The notes: a model not told the origin generated them from the sequence alone. Positions 8,604-18,247 are shown, counted from the first letter of the stretch. The stretch is DNA of 64,000 bases from Candidatus Nomurabacteria bacterium RIFCSPLOWO2_01_FULL_39_18 (GCA_001787005.1 MFUV01000010.1:9955-73954); one strand, 5' to 3'. A program made the numbers and translations.

Positions 8604-11006
8604 ATGACTATAAAAATTTATAAAAATAAAACCAGAGTGGCGTTGCTCTGTGGCGGACCATCGCTTGAGCGAGGGATATCATTGAACTCTGCTCGAAGCT
8701 TACTTGATCATTTGGGCAGTTTAGACGTGGATATTATTCCTATTTATTTCAACGAACAAAAAAAGCCATACAAAATATCTACTGCACAACTTTACTCTAA
8801 CACCCCGAGCGATTTTGATTTCAAGCTGGGCGGAACAAGCAAGGAACTTTCTCTGTCTGCTCTAGTTCGTATCTTGAAAAATGTTGACATTGTTTTTCCA
8901 TGTATGCACGGCAGTTTCGGTGAAGATGGGAGAGTTCAAAGTTTTCTTGAGAAATATGATATTCCATTTATTGGTTCTTCCTCAAAATCTTGCAAAATGG
9001 CTTTTGATAAATATAAAGCCAATGAATATATCCGTTCACTTGGATTTTATGCGCCCAATTCTATTGTTATTAAAATTACCGACACAAAAAAAGAAATTGA
9101 GAAAAAAGTAAAACAGTTTTGGAAAACTGAAAGAATCACTCGCGCCATAGTGAAGCCTGCTTCTGGTGGCTCAAGTATCGGCGTGTTTTCTGTGGCAAAT
9201 GAAAAGGACGCAATGGAAGCTATCGAGAAATTATTTAGCAAACGCATGGACACTCGAGTGGTAGTGGAACATTTTGCGAAAGGCAAAGAATTCACGGTGA
9301 TTATTTTACAAAACAGATTCAATATGCCCGTCGCTATTTTGCCGACAGAAATGGAAATGGATTACGAGAAACATCAGTTTTTTGATTTTCGAAAAAAATA
9401 TTTACCGACCAGACAGGTAACCCATCATTGTCCACCAAGATTCAAAAACGAAATAATCGAAAAAATACAGATAGAAGCGGAGCAACTCTTCTCCGTCCTG
9501 GGAATGCGGGACTTCGCCCGCTTCGATGGCTTCTTAATGCCTGACGGCAATATCTGGTTTTCTGATTTTAATCCGATTTCTGGCATGGAACAAAATAGTT
9601 TTTTATTTCAACAAGCTTCCAGAATCGGCTTTTCCCACCAAGATCTTTTTCGCTTTATAATGAATAACGCATGTCTTCGACGAAATATTCCCATACAAAT
9701 TAAAAATAAATTTACAAGTGGGAAACGCAAGTCTGTTGCAGTAATTTTTGGTGGGGAAACGGCAGAAAAACAAGTCTCACTGATGAGCGGAACAAATGTT
9801 TGGTTAAAATTGCGCGGGTCGGAGATTTATAAACCTTTTCCTTATTTATTAACGAAGAATAAAGAAGTCTGGGAGCTCCCGTATTCTTATATCCTCAATC
9901 ACACTGTTGAAGAAATAGTTGAAAATGCTCAGAATGCCAAAAGAGATATCGAGAGACTTTTTTTCTTAATTGAAAAGGTAAAAATTAAATTATTTTTAAA
10001 TCAATCCGATACTACTGAAGAGTTTTTTATGCCAAAGAAATTTCAACTAAATCAGATATTAAAAAAGCACCCGTTTATTTTCCTTGCTTTGCATGGCGGA
10101 GTTGGTGAAGATGGTACCTTACAAAAAGTTCTAGAGAACAAAAAAATAAAATTTAATGGTTCGGGAAGTGTTGCGTCTCATTTGTGTATGGATAAATGGG
10201 AAACAAATGAAACGATTGGACAAGCCGAAATAAAAGGGGTGGGCGTGGTAAAACATGTATTATTTAAAATAAAAGATGTTCCTGAAAATTTTAATAATGA
10301 ACTCTTAGAAGCACACTGGAGAATGTTGATGCAGCGATTGGACGCAAAAACCATAATCGGTAAACCCCGGGGCGATGGCTGCTCGGCTGGCGTAGTCAGA
10401 CTTTTTAATAGAAAGGATTTAGCTACTTATATAACTCTGATCAGAAAAAAAGTTCCAGTAGCACTTCCAAATACTTTTACCAATCAGATGAACAGTATTG
10501 ATATGCCAGAAGGAGAAGTGCAGGATATAATTTTTGAATCCTTCGTCGAGACAGACAGATTAAAAGTTCATGGCAGTAAAATTATGTATACTCTAAAAAG
10601 TGGATATGTAGAAATGACTGTTGGCGTGTTGGAAGATCATGGACGAATCAAATCTTTCTCACCTTCAATTACTGTGGCAGAAATGGCGATACTTTCTGTG
10701 GAAGAAAAATTTCAAGGCGGCACGGGAGTTAATATTACGCCACCACCTCATGAAATTGTTTCCAATAAAAGTCTCAATAAGATAAAGAGTTTAGTCGAAA
10801 AAGTTAGCGAATGTGTCGGTATTCGTGGCTATGCGAGGATAGACATATTTGCTCATGTTAAAACCGGTAATATTATTGTGATTGAAATCAACACCTTGCC
10901 GGGGCTTACCCCTTCAACTGTGCTCTTTCATCAGGCATTAGCAGAAAATCCGCCAATTTATCCATTACAACTATTTGAGAAAATTATAAAAAATGCTAGA
11001 TATTAA
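8604..11006 (+). CDS. ddl: tandem-duplicated D-alanine--D-alanine ligase-like ATP-grasp protein (Ddl-Ddl fusion)
   Basis: 800 aa; N-half has the Ddl N-domain and ATP-grasp (IVKPASGGSSIGV..). C-half repeats the N-domain (KRKSVAVIFGGETAEKQVSLMSG) and has a second grasp core (KPRGDGCSAGV..ARIDIF..EINTLPGLTP). Confidence 0.7.
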   Translation: MTIKIYKNKTRVALLCGGPSLERGISLNSARSLLDHLGSLDVDIIPIYFNEQKKPYKISTAQLYSNTPSDFDFKLGGTSKELSLSALVRILKNVDIVFPCMHGSFGEDGRVQSFLEKYDIPFIGSSSKSCKMAFDKYKANEYIRSLGFYAPNSIVIKITDTKKEIEKKVKQFWKTERITRAIVKPASGGSSIGVFSVANEKDAMEAIEKLFSKRMDTRVVVEHFAKGKEFTVIILQNRFNMPVAILPTEMEMDYEKHQFFDFRKKYLPTRQVTHHCPPRFKNEIIEKIQIEAEQLFSVLGMRDFARFDGFLMPDGNIWFSDFNPISGMEQNSFLFQQASRIGFSHQDLFRFIMNNACLRRNIPIQIKNKFTSGKRKSVAVIFGGETAEKQVSLMSGTNVWLKLRGSEIYKPFPYLLTKNKEVWELPYSYILNHTVEEIVENAQNAKRDIERLFFLIEKVKIKLFLNQSDTTEEFFMPKKFQLNQILKKHPFIFLALHGGVGEDGTLQKVLENKKIKFNGSGSVASHLCMDKWETNETIGQAEIKGVGVVKHVLFKIKDVPENFNNELLEAHWRMLMQRLDAKTIIGKPRGDGCSAGVVRLFNRKDLATYITLIRKKVPVALPNTFTNQMNSIDMPEGEVQDIIFESFVETDRLKVHGSKIMYTLKSGYVEMTVGVLEDHGRIKSFSPSITVAEMAILSVEEKFQGGTGVNITPPPHEIVSNKSLNKIKSLVEKVSECVGIRGYARIDIFAHVKTGNIIVIEINTLPGLTPSTVLFHQALAENPPIYPLQLFEKIIKNARY

Positions 11007-11805
11007 GAAAAAAAAGATAAATAATAGACCAATAGGTGTCTTTGATTCGGGGGTCGGGGGGCTCTCCATTTTTGTTGAACTAAAAAAACTTCTTCCTCAT
11101 GAGAATTTTGTATTTTTTGCAGATCAAAAAAATGTGCCTTATGGGGAAAAAAGCAAAAAAGAACTAGTTGGTTTTATGTACAAAGTAGTTGATTACCTGA
11201 AAGATAAGCATGACATCAAGATGTTTGTCATCGCCTGTAACACCGCTACCTGCTTTACAATAAAAGGACTTAGAGCAAGATATGCTATGCCTATGGTCGG
11301 CACAGAGCCTGCCGTTAAACCAGCCTCACAGGGTACCAAGACAGGCACAATCGCCATTATCTCAACCCCCGCTACATCAAAAAGTAAGACTGTAAAAAAA
11401 CTCATTAATGATTACGGAAATGGGATTACTGTATTGAATATCGGCTGTAAGAATCTAGAAAATACGGTAGAAAAGGGGAATCTCGAAAACCCCGAAGTCA
11501 ATAAATTACTCAGGAAATATCTAAAAGAAGTCAAAAATTCTAATACCGATCAGCTCGTCCTGGGCTGCACACATTATCCATTTCTTAAAATAGCGATAGA
11601 AAAAATTCTTGGCCCAAGCGTTAAGCTAGTTGATTCAGGTCAGGCAATTGCTCGACATACGAGGAGCTTATTGCAAACCCATAAAATTTTAAGTAAGGGA
11701 AAAGGTACAACGGCCTACTTTACTACTGGCAGTGCAAAAAAATTCTCAAAAGTCGCAAGTGAATTATTAAAGCATAAAATTAAAGCAAATAAGATCAAGC
11801 TTTAA
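10993..11805 (+). CDS. murI: glutamate racemase
   Basis: IGVFDSGVGGLSIF..ACNTAT..GCTHYP catalytic Cys motifs. Confidence 0.85.
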   Translation: MLDIKKKKINNRPIGVFDSGVGGLSIFVELKKLLPHENFVFFADQKNVPYGEKSKKELVGFMYKVVDYLKDKHDIKMFVIACNTATCFTIKGLRARYAMPMVGTEPAVKPASQGTKTGTIAIISTPATSKSKTVKKLINDYGNGITVLNIGCKNLENTVEKGNLENPEVNKLLRKYLKEVKNSNTDQLVLGCTHYPFLKIAIEKILGPSVKLVDSGQAIARHTRSLLQTHKILSKGKGTTAYFTTGSAKKFSKVASELLKHKIKANKIKL

Positions 11806-11810
11806 TTATA

Positions 11811-11830
11811 ATCTACGCCATGGCGTAGAT
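11811..11830. terminator. perfect 20-bp palindrome after murI
   Basis: atctacgcca/tggcgtagat immediately 3' of the murI stop; no T-tract. Confidence 0.4.
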
Positions 11831-11886
11831 GAATAGAATGTAAATTCATGATTGCTTTTTGGGAGTTTTTAATATAATATCATCCT

Positions 11887-12045
11887 ATGTCACAAGATAG
11901 ACTTATAAAACTTGCCTGCGGAACGTGCAAACGGATAAATTACTGGTCCAGTAAAAATAAAAAACTTGTAACTCAAAAAATTGAGCTCAAAAAATTCTGC
12001 AAATGGTGCAGGAAGCAGACAAAACATAAGGAAATCAGGAAGTAG
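11887..12045 (+). CDS. rpmG: 50S ribosomal protein L33 (52 aa; absent from the >=60-aa ORF track)
   Basis: MSQDRLIKLACGTCKRINYWSSKNKKLVTQKIELKKFCKWCRKQTKHKEIRK has the C-x2-C...C-x2-C zinc ribbon and L33 consensus. Confidence 0.75.
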   Translation: MSQDRLIKLACGTCKRINYWSSKNKKLVTQKIELKKFCKWCRKQTKHKEIRK

Positions 12046-12058
12046 GTAGATGTTATTG

Positions 12059-12086
12059 AAAATCCCCAGTTGGGGATTTTCTTTTT
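12059..12086 (+). terminator. rho-independent terminator after rpmG
   Basis: aaaatcccc-agtt-ggggatttt stem-loop followed by cttttt. Confidence 0.65.
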
Positions 12087-12134
12087 CTCCTTATATAGTA
12101 TAATAGTCATGTAACTTAATATATAGGTTCTATT

Positions 12135-12791
12135 ATGAAAAAGGATCTAGAGATAAAAGCTAAAAAATTACGCATAAAAGGATATTCAGTTAAAGAACTT
12201 CATCAAATACTTGGAGTATCAAAGAGCACGGTTTCTGGGTGGATTCAAGGTGTTAAACTTTCAGAAAAAGCTCAAATGCGTTTGAGGAAAAATTATACAA
12301 ATGGTCAACTTGCTTCTCAAAAAACTATAAAAGAAAAAACTCACCAGAAAAATATTATTGCCGATAATTTTGCTAGGGAAATCTTAAGTAAGATGAATTA
12401 CACAACAGCAGATCTAGCATTATTGTGCTCCATGATATATTTTTGTGAAGGAAATAAATCATTAAAAAGTCTTGTAACTTTTACAAATTCTGATCCTGAT
12501 CTAATTACTACTTTTATTTTTTTATTCAGAAACTCTTTCAAATTAGATGAATCGAAATTTAGAGTTTTAATGCACTTACATAAGTATCATAATGAAAAAA
12601 CAGAAAAAGATTTTTGGTCGAAAATTACAAAAATTCCACAAAATCAATTTAATAAAACTTATCTTAAACAAAATAGTGGAAAATATAAAAAAGAAGGATA
12701 TCAAGGTTGCATTAAAATATATTACGGAGATGTTTCTATTGCCAGAAAATTAAGGTCTATTGCAAAAATGTTCATGGAAAGGTATAAATAG
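12135..12791 (+). CDS. hypothetical protein with an N-terminal helix-turn-helix and a degenerate LAGLIDADG-like motif (possible homing-endonuclease relic)
   Basis: N-terminal YSVKELHQILGVSKSTVSGW resembles an HTH; IYFCEGNKS resembles a decayed LAGLIDADG; inserted between rpmG and tRNA-Trp. Confidence 0.3.
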   Translation: MKKDLEIKAKKLRIKGYSVKELHQILGVSKSTVSGWIQGVKLSEKAQMRLRKNYTNGQLASQKTIKEKTHQKNIIADNFAREILSKMNYTTADLALLCSMIYFCEGNKSLKSLVTFTNSDPDLITTFIFLFRNSFKLDESKFRVLMHLHKYHNEKTEKDFWSKITKIPQNQFNKTYLKQNSGKYKKEGYQGCIKIYYGDVSIARKLRSIAKMFMERYK

Positions 12792-12797
12792 AGTAAC

Positions 12798-12868
12798 GGG
12801 TGATTAGTTTAGTGGTAGAACGAAGGCCTCCAAATCCTTTGGCGGGGGTTCGATTCCCTCATCACCCG
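12798..12868 (+). tRNA. tRNA-Trp (anticodon CCA)
   Basis: Manual fold: acceptor gggtgat/atcaccc, T-loop ttcgatt, anticodon loop ctCCAaa; 71 nt to the discriminator, no encoded CCA. Confidence 0.8.
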
Positions 12869-12901
12869 CAGTTGATATTAGAAATTATAATTAAAAAATT
12901 T

Positions 12902-13243
12902 ATGGGAAAAACAGGTAACCCAACATTTGGAATAGATGAAAAACTGCCTCGCCCCAAGTCTCTCAGGGAGTTTTATAATTTAGTAATTAAGATATGTCCA
13001 GATGCCAATCATAGTGAAGATAAATTTTTTGATTTTGTGATAGAGTCTCTTAAAAAACCTCATATTGAATTACAATATAGAGCGCAGAGACAAGAAATAG
13101 AAAGTGAGAGGTTTGAATATAAATTTGGTAACAGATCTCTTAATGAATATTGGAGCGCCGCAGAAGAATATCTTAAAGGTCTTGGTGTCCAGAAAGAAAA
13201 AATTGATGGATTTAATATAATTATGAGTCGTGGTTTTAGATAA
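12902..13243 (+). CDS. hypothetical protein (113 aa)
   Basis: ORF starting MGKTGNPTFG; the longer track ORF from 12800 would overlap tRNA-Trp, so this shorter start is preferred. Confidence 0.4.
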   Translation: MGKTGNPTFGIDEKLPRPKSLREFYNLVIKICPDANHSEDKFFDFVIESLKKPHIELQYRAQRQEIESERFEYKFGNRSLNEYWSAAEEYLKGLGVQKEKIDGFNIIMSRGFR

Positions 13244-13254
13244 AAGTACAAAAA

Positions 13255-13524
13255 ATGGAAGAACGCATAAAAAATTTAGAGAAAGAAGTAGAGGAAATAA
13301 AAGAACGAAATGCTCGAGTGGAAGATGATAAGGGCTGGGAAATCAGCTACACCAGGTGGCTATTTATAGCCGTAAGTACTTACATTGTCGCTGGTGTTTG
13401 GCTTGTTGTAATTCATGACAGCTTTCCTTGGCTAAAGGCATTTGTGCCATCGGCTGGATATTTACTCTCAACTCAATCCCTTCCATTCATCAAAAAGTGG
13501 TGGAAAAAGAATCACAACAAATAG
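13255..13524 (+). CDS. hypothetical membrane protein with N-terminal coiled-coil
   Basis: EERIKNLEKEVEEIKERNARVEDDK followed by hydrophobic segments. Confidence 0.35.
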   Translation: MEERIKNLEKEVEEIKERNARVEDDKGWEISYTRWLFIAVSTYIVAGVWLVVIHDSFPWLKAFVPSAGYLLSTQSLPFIKKWWKKNHNK

Positions 13525-13527
13525 TTT

Positions 13528-13869
13528 TTATTCCTCCTTTTCAAAGGAGTGAAGTACGGCGCCTACTATTGCAAGCACGATACCGAAGAGCAGTGCCCAC
13601 CAGAAGCTAGCTACGGTAAATCCAGGTACGATGTATGAGGCCAGGAGAACAAGAAGTGCGTTGATAACTAATACAAAAAGTCCAAGAGTTAATACAGTGA
13701 TAGGCAGGGTGAGGATCACCAGAATCGGGCGCAGAAACATGTTTATGGCGCCGAGGACCACGGCGAGGATAAGTGCCGCAACAAAACCATCCACATGTAC
13801 TCCCGGCAAAATGTACGCAGTGATTAAAATAGCAAGAGCCGAAATAATCCAATGTATTATCATTCTCAT
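13528..13869 (-). CDS. DUF360/YvlD-like (holin superfamily IV-like) membrane protein
   Basis: 113 aa, 4 TM; ILPGVHVDGF..LRPILVILTLPITVLTLGLF..VIN pattern typical of the family. Confidence 0.5.
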   Translation of the reverse strand: MRMIIHWIISALAILITAYILPGVHVDGFVAALILAVVLGAINMFLRPILVILTLPITVLTLGLFVLVINALLVLLASYIVPGFTVASFWWALLFGIVLAIVGAVLHSFEKEE

Positions 13870-13972
13870 ATTTTTTTTTGTTAAACTAATAATCTATATA
13901 TGATACACTATTTATACCTATAATGTCGAAAGAGAGAAATTATTATTACACAATAAATTATAAACTATAATA

Positions 13973-14626
13973 ATGTCTAAGCCTAAATACAAAGCTGTTA
14001 TCTTTGATTTTGACGATACACTTGTGGAAACTCGTCTGATTAAAATGGCGCATCACATAGCAGTCGCTAAAAAGTTTTATGACATTAATTTAACTGAAGA
14101 AGTATTTTTAGAGCATTATGGTAAACCCTTTAATACTTTAATAAAGACACTTTATCAGGATTCTGACACTCTAGAAAACATGATTGCAGCGAATGTTACG
14201 ATGAGAAATGATTTTTTGAAAAAAGTGTATCCAGCATCGGTAGATGTAGTAAAAACACTTCTGGATCATGACATAAAAATAGGAATACTATCAGCAACCA
14301 ATAGAGATTTTGTCATGAATGATTTGAATAGACTTAATTTTCCTGTCGATCGTATGAGTGTAGTACAAGGTGCAGACGAGACAGAAGTACATAAACCAGA
14401 TCCAAATGTTTTTATGCCCATTTTGGATAAATTAAAAAAGCAGGGGATTGAAAAAGAGGATATAGTTTACGTTGGAGATTCTTTAAGCGATCTTAAAGCA
14501 ACGACCGCAGCCGGTATTGATTTTATTGCAGTTACGACTGGATTGTACTCACAAGAAGATTTCAAAAACAATGGAGCGGAGGTTATAATAAAAGAGATAA
14601 AAGAGGTTGTAGAGAAAATAATATGA
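13973..14626 (+). CDS. HAD-superfamily hydrolase
   Basis: VIFDFDDTLVET (DxDxT motif I), ILSATN motif II, YVGDSLSD motif IV. Confidence 0.7.
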   Translation: MSKPKYKAVIFDFDDTLVETRLIKMAHHIAVAKKFYDINLTEEVFLEHYGKPFNTLIKTLYQDSDTLENMIAANVTMRNDFLKKVYPASVDVVKTLLDHDIKIGILSATNRDFVMNDLNRLNFPVDRMSVVQGADETEVHKPDPNVFMPILDKLKKQGIEKEDIVYVGDSLSDLKATTAAGIDFIAVTTGLYSQEDFKNNGAEVIIKEIKEVVEKII

Positions 14627-15267
14627 AAAAACTAATTAAAAATTTAATAAACTTTCATAAAAAAGCGGAAAAGTTGAAAACTACCACTCGGCATTCTTGG
14701 CTGAGTGATTCTAAAAGGCAAGAAAGTGTGGCTGAACATTCTTGGATGTTATGTCTTCTTGCAGTTATTCTGGAAGACAAATTGAAAAAGAAAGTAAATT
14801 TGCTGAAAATTTTAAAAATGTTACTTATTCACGATCTTGCGGAGTCGGTTACAGGAGATATTCCAGTGCATGAGGTTTCTGCTCGTCAGAATAGGAAATA
14901 TGAATCAGAAAAAAAAGTTTTTAAAAAGCTCGTCAAAAACCTACCCAATAAAAATGCAAAAGAAATTATTTCCTTGTGGGAAGAATTTGAGGAGAACAAA
15001 ACCAAAGAAGCTAAGTTTGCTAACTCACTAGACAAAATGGAAGCAATCATGCAGCATAACCTGGCCGATATCAGCACATTTGATCAAGGGGATTTCGATG
15101 TCCATCCGTATTATAAAGATGAGTACTTTTATTATGACAGTTTCATTAGAGCTTTTAAGGACGTAGTTGATATTCAGTCAATGGAAAAGATAATAGAGGC
15201 AAAAGCCGCACACAGAATAGAAGCAAAACATTTAGAAAAATATAGAAGATTAAAAAATAAAAAATAA
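14623..15267 (+). CDS. HD-domain phosphohydrolase, YfbR-like 5'-deoxynucleotidase
   Basis: HSWMLC..LLIHDLAESVTGDIP H...HD...D signature. Confidence 0.65.
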   Translation: MKKLIKNLINFHKKAEKLKTTTRHSWLSDSKRQESVAEHSWMLCLLAVILEDKLKKKVNLLKILKMLLIHDLAESVTGDIPVHEVSARQNRKYESEKKVFKKLVKNLPNKNAKEIISLWEEFEENKTKEAKFANSLDKMEAIMQHNLADISTFDQGDFDVHPYYKDEYFYYDSFIRAFKDVVDIQSMEKIIEAKAAHRIEAKHLEKYRRLKNKK

Positions 15268-15268
15268 T

Positions 15269-15520
15269 ATGAAAAAATATCTAACATTTAATAATATTGC
15301 CCAGGTTAGCCTCGTAACTTTTACAATACTGGGATTTTTGCTGACTTCATTAAAACTCCCTCAATATGGATTACTTTCGAATTTAATTGGTCAGGTTTTC
15401 TGGTTTTATAGCGCATATAAGGCATGGAAAGAGGCAAATCAGATCGGTATTTTCATAACCACAACCATAATTGCTTTTATATTAATATTCGGCGTCATTA
15501 ACTATTGGTTTTTACAATAA
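15269..15520 (+). CDS. small membrane protein (83 aa)
   Basis: ORF with two hydrophobic helices. Confidence 0.3.
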   Translation: MKKYLTFNNIAQVSLVTFTILGFLLTSLKLPQYGLLSNLIGQVFWFYSAYKAWKEANQIGIFITTTIIAFILIFGVINYWFLQ

Positions 15521-16116
15521 TGACCCAACTTTTTGACATTCCATATTTGATTACTACCTATGGATACCTAGGTATTTTTATTATTGTCTTTTTGGAGTCT
15601 GGAATTTTCTTTGCCTTACCAGGAGACAGCTTGCTTTTCACTGCCGGGCTTTTTGCTTCTATTTTTAGTTTACAAATTTACTTTTTGATACCTTTAATAT
15701 TTTTTGCCACTTTTTTAGGGGGATTGGCGGGTTATGAAATAGGCGCTAATTTAGAGAGACTGAAAAGGTATTCCATTTTTAGAAAAATTCTAAAGGAAGA
15801 GTACGTAGCAAGGACGCATGAATTCTTCGATCGGCATGGAAAATTTACAATTATACTTTCTCGTTTTGTCCCTATCGTGCGGACTTTTGTCCCAATAGTG
15901 GCGGGAGTGGCTCAGATGCCATATAAATTATTTGTGAAATATAGCTTAGTCAGTTCAATTTTATGGTCGACGATTGTAACACTATCGGGGTATTTTTTAG
16001 GGCAGATTTTCCCTCATATTAAAGACTACATGTCGATTGTTATCCTACTAATTGTGGTTATTTCTACTTTGCCAATTGTTTTTGAAGCCATGCGAAAGCA
16101 GAAGAAGGACTTGTAA
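15505..16116 (+). CDS. DedA/SNARE-associated family membrane protein
   Basis: GYLGIFIIVFLESGIFFALPGDSLLF motif of DedA. Confidence 0.7.
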   Translation: MVFTIMTQLFDIPYLITTYGYLGIFIIVFLESGIFFALPGDSLLFTAGLFASIFSLQIYFLIPLIFFATFLGGLAGYEIGANLERLKRYSIFRKILKEEYVARTHEFFDRHGKFTIILSRFVPIVRTFVPIVAGVAQMPYKLFVKYSLVSSILWSTIVTLSGYFLGQIFPHIKDYMSIVILLIVVISTLPIVFEAMRKQKKDL

Positions 16117-16912
16117 ACCATCTAATTTTTTTGTCCCGTTTAAACCAAGTCATTTGTCGTTTGGCGTACTTTAGAGTTTGGCTCACCACCTTTTCATAAG
16201 TTGGGTTGAAGTATTCAAAGCCGAGCTTTTCTAGCCTCTTGTTAGAAACCCCAGCTTTTTTTAAATTTTTAATTTCATTAAGCAGTCCATCCTGAAACAT
16301 TTTTTTGACTCTTTTTTCTATTCTTTTCTTTAATTTATCTGCCGGTAAATACAAACCAGTTTTTATAAATTTATAATTTTGCGGGAAGATCTTCGGACGG
16401 GGGACTTTGCCTAGGGCTTTGGCGATTTCGATTGCCCGAATTAAGCGTACACCATTTTTTGAATCAATATTTTTTGCGCGAGCGGAGTCAAGTTTTTTAA
16501 GTATGACGAATAATGCGGCCGCTGATTTCGTCATCAGCTGGCGGCGTAGTTTCTGGTTGAGCGGAACTTCTGGGAGAATAATACCATTTACCACTGTATC
16601 AATATAGAATCCCGTTCCTCCACAAATTATTGGAATTTTTCCTCTTTTAATAATCTCCGCCATGGCGGAGATTGCGTGTTTTTGGTACTCGGCCACAGAA
16701 AACCCCCTTTTCGGATTCACAACATCAAGCAGATGATGCGGTATGCCCCGCATTTCTTTTTGAGTAATTTTCCCCGTGCCAATATCAAGACCTTTATAGA
16801 CCTGCCTAGAATCAGCAGAAATTATTTCTCCATTTATTTTCTTAGCAATTTTTACCGCTAGATCACTTTTCCCTGTGGCAGTTTGACCAAGAATCAAGAT
16901 AACTTTTTTCAT
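16064..16912 (-). CDS. miaA: tRNA dimethylallyltransferase
   Basis: ILGQTATGKSDLAV P-loop, ISADSRQVYKGLDIGTGK. Confidence 0.85.
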   Translation of the reverse strand: MKKVILILGQTATGKSDLAVKIAKKINGEIISADSRQVYKGLDIGTGKITQKEMRGIPHHLLDVVNPKRGFSVAEYQKHAISAMAEIIKRGKIPIICGGTGFYIDTVVNGIILPEVPLNQKLRRQLMTKSAAALFVILKKLDSARAKNIDSKNGVRLIRAIEIAKALGKVPRPKIFPQNYKFIKTGLYLPADKLKKRIEKRVKKMFQDGLLNEIKNLKKAGVSNKRLEKLGFEYFNPTYEKVVSQTLKYAKRQMTWFKRDKKIRWFTSPSSAFAWLQKQLAK

Positions 16913-16918
16913 TATTAA

Positions 16919-18247
16919 TTATAGTCTTTTAATATTCGCACCAAGATCAGTGAGTTTCTCAACAATATTCTCATAACCCCTGTCTATGTGATTTTGTGGG
17001 TCATTAATTATGGTTTTTCCTGGAGCCACCAATCCCGCAAGAAGCATATCAATTCCGGCTCTTACATCATGCGAATTCATTTCTGCCGGCTTAAATTTTG
17101 TGGGACCATAGATTGTAACAGCGTAAGATCCGCTCGGCTGGTACTCTGAATTATTAAAATTGTAAAAATCAGCGGTGTGGTTTTTAGGGTGAAAAAGAGT
17201 ATATTTTACACCTATTTTTTTTAGTTCATCTAGATATCTCCAGCGAGTTTCAAAAATTCGCTCATGAATAATTGATTTTCCCTTTGACATGTATGCTAAC
17301 AATAAAGTAAAGATGGGTTGCCAATCTGTCATAAATCCTGGATGCACATTGGTTGTGATATTTGTAGTCTTCAGCGGATTTCTAATTTTAGTTATGCTCG
17401 CAATTTTATTTTTAAATCTTACTTCCACTCCGACATCATTAAGCGCATCCGTAAATTTTTCTAAAAGCTTTGGCATTGCGTTTTTCACACGGATATTTCC
17501 TCCCATCATTGCTGATAGTATCAGGGCCGTGGCAGCTTCAAGACGATCAGGAATTCCCGTTATCTCTACTCCAGAGAGGAGTGGCTTTACTCCAATAATC
17601 TCGATTGTACGCGGGGCAACTCTTTTTATTTTTGCGCCCATGTTATTGAGGCAGTCAATCAGATTATCCACCTCGGGCTCTTCGGCGGCGTTTTTAAGGA
17701 TAACCTTGCCTCGATTAAAAACAGAAGCAAGAATTAAATTTTCTGTGCCACAGTGAGTATTTTTTTCAAAAGTATAGGTCATTGAACGAGGACGCTTCGG
17801 CATAAATATTTCTAAGCGATTATTGTTTTTTTTGACGATTTTTCCGCCGAGAGCTTCGATTCCAAGCAGGTGTCGATTGATGGGGCGTTTACCAATAGTG
17901 TCGCCTTTCGGAGGATAGAGAATGACATGCCCAGTGCGAGCTAAAGTCGCGCCAATAAATATCACCGACTGCCGAGCGGACATTGCTTCCAAAGGAATTT
18001 CTGAAGAATAAATATCAGAACAATCTACCACAACTGAATTTTTTTTAATAAATTGTACTTTAGCTCCGAGAGAGGCGAGAGCATCGATGCTCCGATAGGT
18101 GTCAGAAAGTCTGGCTATGTTATGGAAAACGCACTTCTTTTTTGTTAAAAGAGAAGCTATCAGTAATTTTGGAGACGCATTTTTTGCACCAGAGACCGTA
18201 TAGGTACCTCTTAATTTTTTCCCACCCTGAATAATAAATTTACTCAT
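16919..18247 (-). CDS. murA: UDP-N-acetylglucosamine 1-carboxyvinyltransferase
   Basis: MSKFIIQGGKKLRGTYTVSGAKNA.. EPSP/MurA fold; start set at Met36 of the track ORF because the longer ORF overlaps tRNA-Leu. Confidence 0.85.
   Translation of the reverse strand: MSKFIIQGGKKLRGTYTVSGAKNASPKLLIASLLTKKKCVFHNIARLSDTYRSIDALASLGAKVQFIKKNSVVVDCSDIYSSEIPLEAMSARQSVIFIGATLARTGHVILYPPKGDTIGKRPINRHLLGIEALGGKIVKKNNNRLEIFMPKRPRSMTYTFEKNTHCGTENLILASVFNRGKVILKNAAEEPEVDNLIDCLNNMGAKIKRVAPRTIEIIGVKPLLSGVEITGIPDRLEAATALILSAMMGGNIRVKNAMPKLLEKFTDALNDVGVEVRFKNKIASITKIRNPLKTTNITTNVHPGFMTDWQPIFTLLLAYMSKGKSIIHERIFETRWRYLDELKKIGVKYTLFHPKNHTADFYNFNNSEYQPSGSYAVTIYGPTKFKPAEMNSHDVRAGIDMLLAGLVAPGKTIINDPQNHIDRGYENIVEKLTDLGANIKRL

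Noticed and set aside
12800-13243. Track ORF starting at 12800 (MISLVVERRPPNPLAGVRFPHH...)
   Set aside because: Its first 23 codons are the tRNA-Trp gene read as protein; the real start is most likely the ATG at 12902
13528-13869. Holin-family membrane protein as evidence of a prophage
   Set aside because: No lysin, capsid, terminase or integrase nearby; DUF360/YvlD-like proteins are common chromosomal membrane proteins
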